Assembly (NCBI GenBank): GCA_965223505.1
Contig: CBDCWP010000024.1
Span: 64,001 to 128,000 of the forward strand
From: Planctomycetota bacterium
GTDB lineage: Bacteria > Planctomycetota > PLA2 > JAEUHO01
Length of the DNA stretch: 64,000 bases
Direction of reading: 5' to 3'
Positions within the stretch are counted from its first letter, which is position 1. Each line of letters starts with the position of its first letter. The translations under genes and the position numbers were made by a program. This document shows, piece after piece, positions 8,929-18,639 of this stretch. The notes beneath the pieces were generated by a model. That model was not told where the DNA came from. It made no database searches and saw only the letters and a program-made list of their open reading frames with translations.

Positions 8929-10869
8929 TCACTCGGCCAGGAACAACGGACGGTTGTCGCGTCGGTCCGTCAGGTCCTTGTGCGCCGCGAAGTCCAGCAG
9001 GCCGTCCTTCGTCAGCAACAAGTCCGGTCGCTTCGTGTTCATGCCGCCCGCGAGCTCGTGCCAGCGGCGGTACACGTCCTGTCCGACGCGCGTCCGCTCG
9101 AACTCGGGCGCGATGTAGTCGTACCGCAGATCCTCGAAGGGTTTCAGGCTTCGGAGAGAACGTCCGGCCACGTAACGGACGGCCGCGTACGGGTCGGCGG
9201 CGATCGTCGTGGAAAGCAGCGGCGCCATCCAGTCGTCGCCCGAGATCGCTTGCGCCTCGGGCCATCCCATGTGCCAGGCCGACAACACGCGCTGCCCCGC
9301 GTCGCCCCGGACCAGCCAGAGCACGGACGCGGCATAGGTGCGCCAGTAGCTGTCGGGTTTCCCCAGGTCGGGCTTCTCGTGGCCGTACCAGTTCGCGAGG
9401 TGGTCGCCCGTCCACTCGAGCGTCTTGTCCAGATGGCACAGGTTGCACGCGTTGGGCCGGCCGACCTCCCCCAGGCTCTCTCGAACGTCCGGGCTGGAAA
9501 TCTGATGGCTTCGAATCGCCTTGAGCAAGCCGTACGTCGTGTGCGGCATGTGGCAGTTGTAGCAACGGCTGCCTGACGACTCGGCGCCGTGATGCGTATG
9601 GGCCGAGACGTCCGCGCCGATCGCGGCGTGGCATTGCAGACAGGCTTCGTCGCCCTTCTTGTCTTCGGCCAGCTGCTGATGGGGTTCGCTCTCGTGCATC
9701 GAGTGACACGAGAAGCACGTCATCTCGCCCTTGCGATAGCAGGCCGACTCGATGAGTCCGTTGTACTCCCGTCCCGACACACGGATCATGCCGTCACGCC
9801 AGAAGAAGCTGTCTTCATGGGACCTGGCAACGAGGAAGTCGTCCTTCGGCACCCGCGGTCCCTTGTCGCCGGTGTTCTTGTGATGCCGCGTGATCCCGCG
9901 CGTGGCGAAGAGGTCGTCCCCTGGCTTGTAGGGATAGCCGATCGCGAACCAGGTTTCGTCGGACGCGGCGCTCGGCGGGCCCGTGATCGCGTGGCACTGA
10001 CCGCAGATCTGTGAACCCCTCACGGTCGAGAGCGCCAGGGGATGCACGATCGCGTGCGCCGCCGCACCCTCGTTCTCCGACCGCTCGTGGAAGGCGACGT
10101 GCTCGGCGCCCGGCCCGTGGCACATCTCGCACGAGATGCCCAGCTCCGCCACCCGTGTGTCGAAGCGGCCGGTCGAACGCCTGCGCGGTTGCCCGGCCGT
10201 CGAGTGGCAGCGGATGCAGTTGTCGTTCCACAACGGGATCATCCGCGCCGCGTCGGGTGGGAACAGGAACACGTCTTCGCGCGGCACCCAGCGCTCGTCC
10301 TCGAACAGGTACATGAAGGGGAGGAGCTCCTGTTGACGCTCGGGCCCTTCGGACTCGACCCAACAGGTCTGCATGTAGTGCGACCCGGTCGTCATGACGA
10401 CGCGGCGGGTGACGTTGGGCTGGTTGGGCAGCCGGTCGAGATCGACGCGCTCGCCGTGAATCGCGCGTTGTTGCCGGTCCCATGTGGGATCGACCATGTC
10501 CACGAAGAACGAGGATCCGGCGGGGGTGGGAACGCGCGTGAGCTTGTACGTCCGCCGCCGGCTCTTCAGCGTCACGTTGTCGAAGGGCCCGCGCACCGAC
10601 GCGTCCGTCGCCAGCTGCGTCATCGTGCGGTGGTAGGAGCGATGCCAGCTCGCGTGCTGGTCTTCGTGGCAACGCTCGCACGCCGCCGCGCCGACGTAGC
10701 CGTCATCGGGCCGGCCCAGATGCGGCGCGCTGGCCAGGACCTCGTCCGGAACCACGGCCGCCTGCGGCGGGGGCGCGGGGTCGTCTTGCGCGCACGCAAG
10801 CAGCACGGCGGTCGCGGCCGCGACCATCGCGAGGCCGAACCAGTAGCCTGGTGCGAACCGTTTGGCCAT
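8929..10869 (-). CDS. Multiheme (8 x CxxCH) c-type cytochrome, probable lipoprotein
   Basis: CERCH, CIRCH, CEMCH, CGQCH, CFSCH, CLQCH, CYNCH, CNLCH; LLAC lipobox; GGAGG RBS. Confidence 0.9.
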   Translation of the reverse strand: MAKRFAPGYWFGLAMVAAATAVLLACAQDDPAPPPQAAVVPDEVLASAPHLGRPDDGYVGAAACERCHEDQHASWHRSYHRTMTQLATDASVRGPFDNVTLKSRRRTYKLTRVPTPAGSSFFVDMVDPTWDRQQRAIHGERVDLDRLPNQPNVTRRVVMTTGSHYMQTCWVESEGPERQQELLPFMYLFEDERWVPREDVFLFPPDAARMIPLWNDNCIRCHSTAGQPRRRSTGRFDTRVAELGISCEMCHGPGAEHVAFHERSENEGAAAHAIVHPLALSTVRGSQICGQCHAITGPPSAASDETWFAIGYPYKPGDDLFATRGITRHHKNTGDKGPRVPKDDFLVARSHEDSFFWRDGMIRVSGREYNGLIESACYRKGEMTCFSCHSMHESEPHQQLAEDKKGDEACLQCHAAIGADVSAHTHHGAESSGSRCYNCHMPHTTYGLLKAIRSHQISSPDVRESLGEVGRPNACNLCHLDKTLEWTGDHLANWYGHEKPDLGKPDSYWRTYAASVLWLVRGDAGQRVLSAWHMGWPEAQAISGDDWMAPLLSTTIAADPYAAVRYVAGRSLRSLKPFEDLRYDYIAPEFERTRVGQDVYRRWHELAGGMNTKRPDLLLTKDGLLDFAAHKDLTDRRDNRPLFLAE

Positions 10870-10982
10870 CGTGCGGGGAGACCTCCTTCGTCGTGGGCAA
10901 GATACCGGCCCCCCGACGCCGCGGCCCCGCCCCTTCTTCAACGAACGTAGAATCGCGCCCTTCCCCTGCGGCGCGAATTCCC

Positions 10983-11990
10983 ATGAGCGGACGTTGGTCA
11001 CGACGAATCGGCACGGTTGCAGCGGCCCTGCTCTGCGTCGGCGCATCCGGCGCGGGCGCCGAGCCCGAGGTGAACCCCGTCGTCCGCGCCGCGCGCGCCC
11101 TCGTGGCGTCTCTCCAGCCCGCCCAGCGGGCACGCATGGTCCGGCCCTTCGCCGACCGCGAGCGCGAAGACTGGCACTTCGTTCCGCGGCGCCGCAACGG
11201 GCTCGCGCTCAAGGACATGACCGAGGGGCAACGGGCCAAGGCGCGTGCGCTGCTACGAAGCGCGCTCAGCAAGCAGGGAAACGAGAAGGTCGAGAACGTC
11301 TTCAAGATCGAGACCATCCTGCGCGCGAACCTCTCGGCGGCGCGGCGTCGAACGACCGATTGGCGCCATCCGCTTCTCTATCACATCGCGGTCTACGGGA
11401 CGCCGGCCACGACCGGCGTGTGGGCGTGGCGCATCGAGGGACATCACCTCTCGATCCACATGACGTACGAGAACGGCAAGGCGATCGCGACGACGCCGCT
11501 GTTCATCGGCACCACGATCGACCACGTCACACAGGGCGAGCACAAGGGGCTGCGCATGCTGGCGCATGAGGACGAGCGCGCGCGCAGCCTGCTGGCGAGC
11601 CTGAACGAGAGCCAGCGCGCCGCGGCGATCTCGTCGCGTCCCGCGGGCTTCGCACTCGGCCCAAAGGGCTCGCCCCGCAGCTTCGTTCGCGGGGGGCTCG
11701 CGCTTGCGGCGATGAGCCCCGAACAGCAGTCCCTGTTCTGGACGTTGGTCGGGACGTACTTCGGAACGTTGGCGGAGCCGACGGCTCGATCGACGCTCGC
11801 AGGCGCGCGCAAGACGCCGTCAGCGGACGTTCGATTCGCGTGGTTCGGACGCAACGGCCCCGGAGAACGCTGGGGCTACCGCATCGCGAGCCCGTCCTTC
11901 GCCATCGACTACTTCAACGACGGCGGCCACATTCACGCGGTCTGGCGCGACGCGGCGAACGACTTCGGGCGGTCGAAGCTCACCAAGTGA
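10983..11990 (+). CDS. DUF3500 domain protein, secreted
   Basis: WHFVP..R.GL, GTP...WAWRIEGHHLS, TPLFIG, HIHAVWRD..NDFG. Confidence 0.9.
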   Translation: MSGRWSRRIGTVAAALLCVGASGAGAEPEVNPVVRAARALVASLQPAQRARMVRPFADREREDWHFVPRRRNGLALKDMTEGQRAKARALLRSALSKQGNEKVENVFKIETILRANLSAARRRTTDWRHPLLYHIAVYGTPATTGVWAWRIEGHHLSIHMTYENGKAIATTPLFIGTTIDHVTQGEHKGLRMLAHEDERARSLLASLNESQRAAAISSRPAGFALGPKGSPRSFVRGGLALAAMSPEQQSLFWTLVGTYFGTLAEPTARSTLAGARKTPSADVRFAWFGRNGPGERWGYRIASPSFAIDYFNDGGHIHAVWRDAANDFGRSKLTK

Positions 11991-12531
11991 CGGAGATCCC
12001 CTGTCCGCGTGCTGCCTTCGCGATGCGCGTCATCTGCCGCGCGTGATGGCGCAGATGCATCTCGACGCTCTGGTACCACTGGCGCGCCGTGAGCCACGCG
12101 CCGGTCCAGTGGCGCCGTCGAGCGTCCTTCGGCGCCGACCGGATCGTCTCGACCGACCCTCGCATGCGCAGCTGCAGCCGGTCGAAGGCCTGCGCGACCT
12201 CGGTGGCCCCCAGCCGCCGCGGCTCGAACAGCGAGCGCACCTCCTGCGGCGGGTCCGTGACCTTGATGCGGATCGGCGGAAACGTGCCGACGGCGAAGAG
12301 CAGCGACGGCAGGAACGCTCGATGGCCGGTCTCGCCCTTGCCGAGCGCGCAGGCGAGCGCGTTGTCGAGCAGGCGCGCGGAGACCGACGCGACGTGGTCC
12401 ACGACCTCACCGCCCGACCAGCCCCCGCGCGGCGGCACGAAACCGAGGTCGTCGTCGCTCCACGACCCGACACCGCGGCGCCACCGCTCGTACGTGCGCT
12501 CGAACTTGGCGAGCGCCGCGTCCGGGTGCAT
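11980..12531 (-). CDS. DinB family protein
   Basis: P..GGWSGGEVVDH, C-terminal H..HH..Q; start overlaps the upstream stop. Confidence 0.85.
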   Translation of the reverse strand: MHPDAALAKFERTYERWRRGVGSWSDDDLGFVPPRGGWSGGEVVDHVASVSARLLDNALACALGKGETGHRAFLPSLLFAVGTFPPIRIKVTDPPQEVRSLFEPRRLGATEVAQAFDRLQLRMRGSVETIRSAPKDARRRHWTGAWLTARQWYQSVEMHLRHHARQMTRIAKAARGQGISVTW

Positions 12532-13250
12532 CAGCCCGACATCCGCGCAGCGTGACGAGCGCGGGCCGCTTCGAGCAGCCCCGTCACGACCGGGTGCGGC
12601 TCGTCGATCGTCGAGCTGGCTTGAGGCACGAACAACGTGGCGAGATGAAACCGATGATCCGGAAGCTCGATGATGCGCGGCTCGCTGTCGTCTCCGCGCC
12701 CGCTGATGCGCATCCCGGCGCTTGCGAGCACCTGCTCGTACGCGGGATTCAGTCCGAAGCTGCAGAAGTGCTTCTCGTCGACGTTCGCCGCGCCGTACAC
12801 GTCCCACGCCAACGACGGTTGGTCGACGCGAATCGGCAGCGTTTGGCCGAACAGCGAACAGGACAACGCACTCACGACCATGACGCCCGACGCGGCGTCG
12901 TACTCTTCGTGGTCGGCATCGGCTACGCCCGCGACGTTGCGCGCGAACTCGATGACGGCGTGTTGAAAGCCGCCGCAGGTTCCCAAGAAGGGAACGTCGT
13001 GCTCGCGCGCGACGCGAATCGCACGCAGTGCGCTTTCGCGATCCCGGTACGGGCTCCCCGGCGCGCAGAGGAAGGCGTCGAACGACGCCAATACGTCGTC
13101 GGTCGGCATGTCGTCCGTCGGCAGCCACCGGGTTGCGAACGGAAGCCCCAGTACCTTCGCGGAGTGTTGCAGCGCCGCGTCGGTCGCGACGTGTGTCTCC
13201 TTCCCGGGTTGACGGTCTCCCACGACGGCGACTTGCAAGGCGCGTTCCAT
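12531..13250 (-). CDS. Stand-alone CTP synthase C-terminal glutaminase-domain-related protein (Cys form)
   Basis: PGSPY, PFLGTCGGFQH, HRFHLATLFVPQ; no N-terminal synthetase domain. Confidence 0.88.
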   Translation of the reverse strand: MERALQVAVVGDRQPGKETHVATDAALQHSAKVLGLPFATRWLPTDDMPTDDVLASFDAFLCAPGSPYRDRESALRAIRVAREHDVPFLGTCGGFQHAVIEFARNVAGVADADHEEYDAASGVMVVSALSCSLFGQTLPIRVDQPSLAWDVYGAANVDEKHFCSFGLNPAYEQVLASAGMRISGRGDDSEPRIIELPDHRFHLATLFVPQASSTIDEPHPVVTGLLEAARARHAARMSG

Positions 13251-13318
13251 GCGTCCGTAGGGCTCCATGTGGGCTTCGAAGGGCCTACTGTCGGCGAAGA
13301 GCACCGGAAAGTCCCTCG

Positions 13319-13557
13319 CATTTCGTGGGTAGTTGGGTCACTTCGACGAAGCGGTGGATCGGCGGCACCGGAAGCCTTCTCAGGGAACGGTCGGTCGTGG
13401 TCGGCATGCCGGGGTGAAGGCGCCGCAAGGCCGACGAGGACGCCGCGTGGCTGCCCACACAAGGACGAGAGCGGAGCGGATGGCGACGCGCCGTCGAGCA
13501 TCCGGCAAGCCGCATGCCCGTGCGGGTCTGCAAACTGACCCACCGACATTTCGTGGG
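13319..13557. mobile_element. MITE-like / IS-remnant insertion: ~217 bp with imperfect 16-bp terminal inverted repeats flanked by 11-bp direct repeats
   Basis: CATTTCGTGGG at 13319-13329 and 13547-13557; ends TAGTTGGGTCACTTCG and CAAACTGACCCACCGA match at 12/16 as an inverted repeat. Confidence 0.55.
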
Positions 13558-13619
13558 CGTCGTTGCCGCCGGGGGGCGCGAGTCCTATGATGGCCCTAGA
13601 TCTAGAACGAGGTGTCGCT

Positions 13620-14111
13620 ATGGGTGACTACACACCCAGGTTGGCGAAACTGGCGCAGCGTGAGCTACAGCCCGGCGAGAAGCTTCTAGCCGGCGCAAAG
13701 GCGATGTCGAGAGGTGGGACTCGGTCGCCGGATGAGCTCTCCTTCACAGATTCCCAAATCCTGTCCGGTTCGGTGAGTCAACGGCTCGCCGACGAAGCTG
13801 CGTTCGGAGAATCAGGCACCTTCGAAGCCCCGCGTCGCGAGGCTCCCAACCCCGTCGCCGTCGGTCTGACCGACCGGCGTCTGATGGTCTGGAAGCGCGG
13901 TGGTTTCACAGGACGCCCGAAGGAGGTCATCGGCCGAATTCCGCTGGATCGCATCACGGCCATCGAAGAACAGGGCTCGCCGCCCGAACTCGCATCGCGC
14001 TCCTTGCGCGTGCGTCTGTCAGAGGGCGGCGTCATCGACTTCGACGTGCCGCCCGGATGCGGTCGTCACGACGTCGTGCAGGCGTTCCAACGCCTACGCA
14101 ACCGTCCCTAG
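13620..14111 (+). CDS. Hypothetical protein, possible bacterial PH-like fold
   Basis: GAGG RBS; 'L.PGE.L' and 'VGLTDRRL' motifs typical of bPH-like proteins. Confidence 0.6.
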   Translation: MGDYTPRLAKLAQRELQPGEKLLAGAKAMSRGGTRSPDELSFTDSQILSGSVSQRLADEAAFGESGTFEAPRREAPNPVAVGLTDRRLMVWKRGGFTGRPKEVIGRIPLDRITAIEEQGSPPELASRSLRVRLSEGGVIDFDVPPGCGRHDVVQAFQRLRNRP

Positions 14112-14144
14112 CCGGATTGCCAAGTCGTAACCGAAGCCCGGAAC

Positions 14145-15134
14145 CTACCGCTCGAAAACGTAGGCGGCAGGCAGTAGGCGGCCTTCTTGCGCATCGTGCA
14201 CGGCGTACTGTCCGCCGCTCCAGATCGTCGCCGCGCCGTGGTCTCCATCCTTGCGAAGGCAGTAGAACTTCACGTTGAAATTCGGGCGTCCCTTGTCGTC
14301 GAGCAGACGCTTGATCTTCGTGCGCGCCACGATGCGCTTGCACGCTTCGAGGGCGGCTTCCGTCGCGGTCGCACCACGCCGCATCGCCTCGACGGCGAGG
14401 AACGACCCGCAGACGAGGATGCAAGCCTCGCCGCGCCCCGTCGCGCCCGCGGCGCCGGCGGTGTCGTCGACGTAGAGGCCCGCGCCGAGAATCGGGCTGT
14501 CGCCGACCCGTCCTGGGATCTTGTACGCCAGCCCGCTCGTCGTGGTGCAGCCACCCATGCGGCCGTCTGTGTTGCGCACGAGACAGGGAATCGTCCCACC
14601 GTCGTTGGGCGGCACCCAGTCGTCCTTGTCGCTCAGGTTCTCCTTCCAGTGCAGCCACTTCTTGCGCGCTTCGTCCGTCAACAGCTCCTCGTGAGGGAAC
14701 CCGTGTGCGCGCGCGAAGCGATACGCGCCGTGCCCTACGACGAGCGCGTGGTCGGTGCGCTCGAGCACCTTCAATGCCACTCGGGACGGGTTCTTGATGT
14801 TGCGAATGCCCGCGACGGCCCCCCCCAACCCGCGCGTGCCGTCCATGCAACAGGCGTCGAGCTCGACGACGCCCTCCTCGTTGGGATGGCCGCCGTATCC
14901 GACCGACATGTCGTCCGGGTCGTCCTCGTTGATGCTCACGCCTTCGACCGCCGCGGCGACGGGGGTCATGCGTTCGACGCTCAGGCAGGCCTTCTCGACG
15001 GCGCGAAGTCCATTCGCGCTGGCGACCGCGATGGGTACGGTCGGCGGATCCGCCATTGCGGTGCGTCCGAGTGCGGCGACGGCGGCGGTCGCCGCGCCGG
15101 CGGCCAAAAGCTCACGACGATTCAAGGTGCTCAT
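14145..15134 (-). CDS. Asparaginase-2 / N(4)-(beta-N-acetylglucosaminyl)-L-asparaginase family Ntn hydrolase, Tat-exported
   Basis: NRRELL Tat motif; SVGYGG.P, LDA..MDG, GTI nucleophile, GRVGDSPI.GAG, TGRGE. Confidence 0.93.
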   Translation of the reverse strand: MSTLNRRELLAAGAATAAVAALGRTAMADPPTVPIAVASANGLRAVEKACLSVERMTPVAAAVEGVSINEDDPDDMSVGYGGHPNEEGVVELDACCMDGTRGLGGAVAGIRNIKNPSRVALKVLERTDHALVVGHGAYRFARAHGFPHEELLTDEARKKWLHWKENLSDKDDWVPPNDGGTIPCLVRNTDGRMGGCTTTSGLAYKIPGRVGDSPILGAGLYVDDTAGAAGATGRGEACILVCGSFLAVEAMRRGATATEAALEACKRIVARTKIKRLLDDKGRPNFNVKFYCLRKDGDHGAATIWSGGQYAVHDAQEGRLLPAAYVFER

Positions 15135-15207
15135 CGACGGAGCGTAGCAGAATGGCGGTCGGCTACGCGGCGGGAAGAGCGCCCGGCAACAGTCGGGGAG
15201 AGTCATC

Positions 15208-15669
15208 ATGATCAGATCGATGCTGCTCGCGTCCGCCGCGCTGCTCCTTGCCGCGTGCGGCGGCGGCGACGAGCCGGCACCGGACAAGCCCGGCCAGCCG
15301 TACGTAGACGCCGTCCTCCGGGCGCTGCACGAGTACGCGCAACGACTTTCGCGGGAGGTGCGCCCGATCCTCATGCGCGAAGAGACGGATGAGAACAGCC
15401 GCGCTGCCGTACAGGCGTGGGCCAAGTCGGTCGACGCCTTTCTTGCCGACCTGGAGAGCGCCGACCCCGCCGGCGCGCCGGCGGCGTTGGTGAGGCGCGT
15501 GGACGATATGCGGAAAGACGTGCGGGCGCTGCGGCCGCTCATCCACTTCGATGGGTTCGACCGCAAGCTTGCATCGCAAATGAGCCAAAAGCTCGGTACG
15601 CGCAAACGGCTGTTCCTCAATGAAGCGCGCGCCCTGGGGATGAGACTCCAGGTGGTGGTCGATCAGTAG
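15208..15669 (+). CDS. Hypothetical lipoprotein
   Basis: LLAAC lipobox; GGAG RBS. Confidence 0.65.
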   Translation: MIRSMLLASAALLLAACGGGDEPAPDKPGQPYVDAVLRALHEYAQRLSREVRPILMREETDENSRAAVQAWAKSVDAFLADLESADPAGAPAALVRRVDDMRKDVRALRPLIHFDGFDRKLASQMSQKLGTRKRLFLNEARALGMRLQVVVDQ

Positions 15670-15771
15670 CGTTCGGGACGGGCGGCCTGCAAAAACCAGG
15701 CAAGCGCTCCACCACCCCTGCGCGAGTCGTATACCTGAGGTATTGGTGGGCCGACCCGATTGGAGTGCAGG

Positions 15772-16917
15772 ATGTCTCTCTTTCGTTTCTTCGCGTGCGT
15801 CGTGTCGTTGGCCGGTACGGCGCTCCTCTTCGGGTGTGGTCAAGAGGACGCCGCCCTCGCGGGCGTGTCGCTCGACGCGCACCGAACGCTGGGTGAACCG
15901 CTCACCGTCGGCAATCTCACCGTCTGGCCGGTTCACACGGACCAACCACTGGACATCGGCTCGTTCCAAACGTTGGCAGAAGCCCAGGAGAAAGGCGTCG
16001 CGGTCGTGCGCGAGGTCGGGGGCGACCCGCAGTCGGTCAACGTGCGAAGCGGCGACGACGACATCGCGCTCGAAGAGCACCGAGGCCAGGGCGGCAACGA
16101 TGCCGGCCAGGTCCTCATCGAATCCGACGGCGCCGTCGTGAACACGCTGGTCATCGAGAACAAGGGCGACCGACCGATCCTCGTGTGCGCCGGGACGATC
16201 GTGGACGGCGGCAAGCAAGACCGGCAGATCGGGCAGGACTTCGTCATCGAGGCGGGCACGACGGTCGACGTCGACGCGTTCTGCGTCGAGCAAGGACGCT
16301 GGTCGACCGAAGAATCGACGATCAACGCGGGCGAGTTCGTCACCTTCGGCGCGATCGCCCCGAAGGGCGTGCGGGTAGGCGGGCAGTATCTGAAGGACCA
16401 GGACGAGGTCTGGGCCAAGGTCTCCGTGAACCTCCAACGGTGCAGTGTCGATCCGAAAACGGGAACCCTGCTCGCCAACGTCCAGAAGGCGGACGTCGAG
16501 GTCACGAGGCGGCGCGCGGACGTGGAGCGAGAGATCGAGGCCCACTTTGCGAAGCTCGCACGCGGCAAGAACCCGCCGGTGGGCTTCGCCTACGCCGTCA
16601 ACGGCAAGCCGGTCACCGTCCGGGCGTTCGCCCACAGCCGCATCCTCGAAGGACAGCTACCGGCGTTTCAGAAGGCGATGGTCTTGGAGGCCGACGTCGC
16701 CCGTGCGGAGGCGGCCGAGGGATTCGAGCCGGCTACCGCAGCGTCCGTCGTCGCCCTGGTCAGGCAGTTGAATGCCGCGAAGGAGGAGCTGGTCGCAACC
16801 GGGGCCGCGAACGACAACGGCTATCGGAAGGGTGCGGTCGGATACAACGCGCGCTGCTACCTCAGGCAGAGCGGATCGAAGCGCGTCACGGTCAGCGAAG
16901 ACTGGACCGCGAAGTAG
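15772..16917 (+). CDS. ARPP-1 (DUF6569)-like domain lipoprotein
   Basis: LFGC lipobox; NLTVWPV, VNTL.I.N..DRPI...G..V.GGKQDR, FCVEQGRW, Q..VW motifs. Confidence 0.75.
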   Translation: MSLFRFFACVVSLAGTALLFGCGQEDAALAGVSLDAHRTLGEPLTVGNLTVWPVHTDQPLDIGSFQTLAEAQEKGVAVVREVGGDPQSVNVRSGDDDIALEEHRGQGGNDAGQVLIESDGAVVNTLVIENKGDRPILVCAGTIVDGGKQDRQIGQDFVIEAGTTVDVDAFCVEQGRWSTEESTINAGEFVTFGAIAPKGVRVGGQYLKDQDEVWAKVSVNLQRCSVDPKTGTLLANVQKADVEVTRRRADVEREIEAHFAKLARGKNPPVGFAYAVNGKPVTVRAFAHSRILEGQLPAFQKAMVLEADVARAEAAEGFEPATAASVVALVRQLNAAKEELVATGAANDNGYRKGAVGYNARCYLRQSGSKRVTVSEDWTAK

Positions 16918-17607
16918 CTACGTCTTGACGCCCGCGAGAATCTCGTCGAGGTAGGTCACGAACGGTGTCATCGCCCGAAACCGCTTCGTCATCTCCTTGA
17001 AGAGCTCGGGTGTGGTTGCGACGGCCGGCTTCAGGGTCGTGTGAAAGAAAAGCTGCTTGTAGCGCAGCAGGTCCCCTGCCGGGTGCTCGGCGTCGTAGCC
17101 GCGCGGCACGCGCTTGAGCTGCTCGCCCTGCATCTCCCCCATCGCGTTGCGCACGCCGCGCGCCCCGATCAGCTTGCGGAACGCCTTGTGGTCCTCGGCG
17201 AGGTGCTCGCGGAGGGCCTTCAGCTGATCCGGCCCCGCCATGTGGACGCCGCCGAGGACGTCCACCTGCTTCGGACTCACCGAGAAGTAGAATCCCGCAC
17301 ACTCGTTCTTCGGACGGCCGAGGCACGGGAACACCGCGGCAACGTGAGTCTTGTACGGCGTCTTGTCCTTGCTGAACCGTGTGTCACGGTGCTGGCGGAA
17401 GATCGCCTTCTTCGGATCGGCGGCGTAGTCCGGCGCGAACGTGTCGAGCTTGGCGTTCAGCGCTTCCACGAGCGCCGCGGTGGGCGCCTTGACGGAGTTG
17501 TCGTAGGTGGACTTGTTCTTCTTGAACCAGTCACGCGTGTTGTTCTTCGCCAACTGACGCAGGAAGGTCATGCCCTCCTTGGGGTATCCGGAAAACGAGG
17601 CTGCCAT
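16918..17607 (-). CDS. DUF2461 (TIGR02453) family protein
   Basis: FL..L..NN.RDWF, RDTRFSKDKTPYK, LKRVPRGY. Confidence 0.93.
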   Translation of the reverse strand: MAASFSGYPKEGMTFLRQLAKNNTRDWFKKNKSTYDNSVKAPTAALVEALNAKLDTFAPDYAADPKKAIFRQHRDTRFSKDKTPYKTHVAAVFPCLGRPKNECAGFYFSVSPKQVDVLGGVHMAGPDQLKALREHLAEDHKAFRKLIGARGVRNAMGEMQGEQLKRVPRGYDAEHPAGDLLRYKQLFFHTTLKPAVATTPELFKEMTKRFRAMTPFVTYLDEILAGVKT

Positions 17608-17702
17608 ACGCCCTCCATTGGTTCGAGCGGAACATGATCGCGCAACTGCCGGCGCGGGTTACATCCGATTTCCTGAAATCCGGACCCAAGGTCTCGAAAC
17701 GG

Positions 17703-17993
17703 CTAGCTCGCGAGCTCGTCGATCTTGCGGGCGAGGTCGAAATCGCGCTCGCTGATGCCGCTCGCCTCGTGCGTGGTCAGGTCGATGCGAACCGTGCGGT
17801 AGACGTTGAACCACTCCGGGTGATGGTCTGCGCTCTCCGCGACGATCGCCACCTTCGTCATGAAGCCGAACGCTTCGATGAAGTTCGCGAATTGATACTC
17901 GCGATGCAGCTTCCCTTCCTGCAACGACCAGCCGTCGAGACCGCCCAGCCGGGACTCGACTTCCGCGTCATCGAGCTTCTCGATGTTGCCCAT
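17703..17993 (-). CDS. phhB: Pterin-4-alpha-carbinolamine dehydratase
   Basis: AFGFMT.VA..AE..DHHPEW.NVY..V...LTTH..GI. Confidence 0.93.
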   Translation of the reverse strand: MGNIEKLDDAEVESRLGGLDGWSLQEGKLHREYQFANFIEAFGFMTKVAIVAESADHHPEWFNVYRTVRIDLTTHEASGISERDFDLARKIDELAS

Positions 17994-18181
17994 GTGCGCT
18001 TCTCCCGAAGTTTCGACCGATTCACACAGCGTAGAAGAAGCACTCGAGAAGCGCCACCGTGCACGCACTTGACGTGAGCAACGACCAAGCTACGTGAAGA
18101 AGAACAAGGGCAAGCTCGCGGACGCGTTCGTCGACGAACAACGTCGCGAGGACCGCAGCAGGACGAGTTGTCAGACGCAGC

Positions 18182-18637
18182 CTAGTCGGTTCGTTGCGCG
18201 ATACGTCCCTGCAGGTGCGCCAGCAGTCCGGCGGTGTCGTCGGTTCCGATGCGCGCCCGCTTGCCGCCGTCGAGCTCGAGCTCCACGCAGTCGAAGCCGC
18301 ACAGGTTGTAGGTCCAGCCGCGCCCGGGTACCCAATGGATACCCCAGCCGTCGATGAGCTTGCTTCGGCTCACCCGCACACTTCGAATCAGTTCGTAGGG
18401 AATGCGCTTGCGAAGCAGCGGCAGCGGGCCGAAGCGCAAGGAGAGGTGCGCGCCGTCCTCTCGCACCGTGAGGAAGTGGAAGCTCAGGGCGAGGACGGCC
18501 ACCAACGCGCCCACGCCCCACAAGAGAAAGGCCGGCCAGCCTTCGGACCGAACGGACCAGCCGCCGATGGCGACCAACACCACGACACCGTAGATCACCC
18601 AGTGAAACCAGCCGCGCTGCGTGTGTTCGTAGGCCAC
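18182..18637 (-). CDS. Hypothetical membrane protein (two TM + PH-like domain)
   Basis: Y.HTQ, two TM helices, GWGIH...G..YN..G..V...IGTDD; GTG start 2 nt after the upstream stop. Confidence 0.75.
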   Translation of the reverse strand: MAYEHTQRGWFHWVIYGVVVLVAIGGWSVRSEGWPAFLLWGVGALVAVLALSFHFLTVREDGAHLSLRFGPLPLLRKRIPYELIRSVRVSRSKLIDGWGIHWVPGRGWTYNLCGFDCVELELDGGKRARIGTDDTAGLLAHLQGRIAQRTD

Positions 18638-18639
18638 GG

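Noticed and set aside
18000..18180. Short ORF-like stretch (18094 +, VKKNKGKLADAF...)
   Set aside because: No RBS, overlaps a convergent gene, and is unrecognisable; at most a gene remnant.
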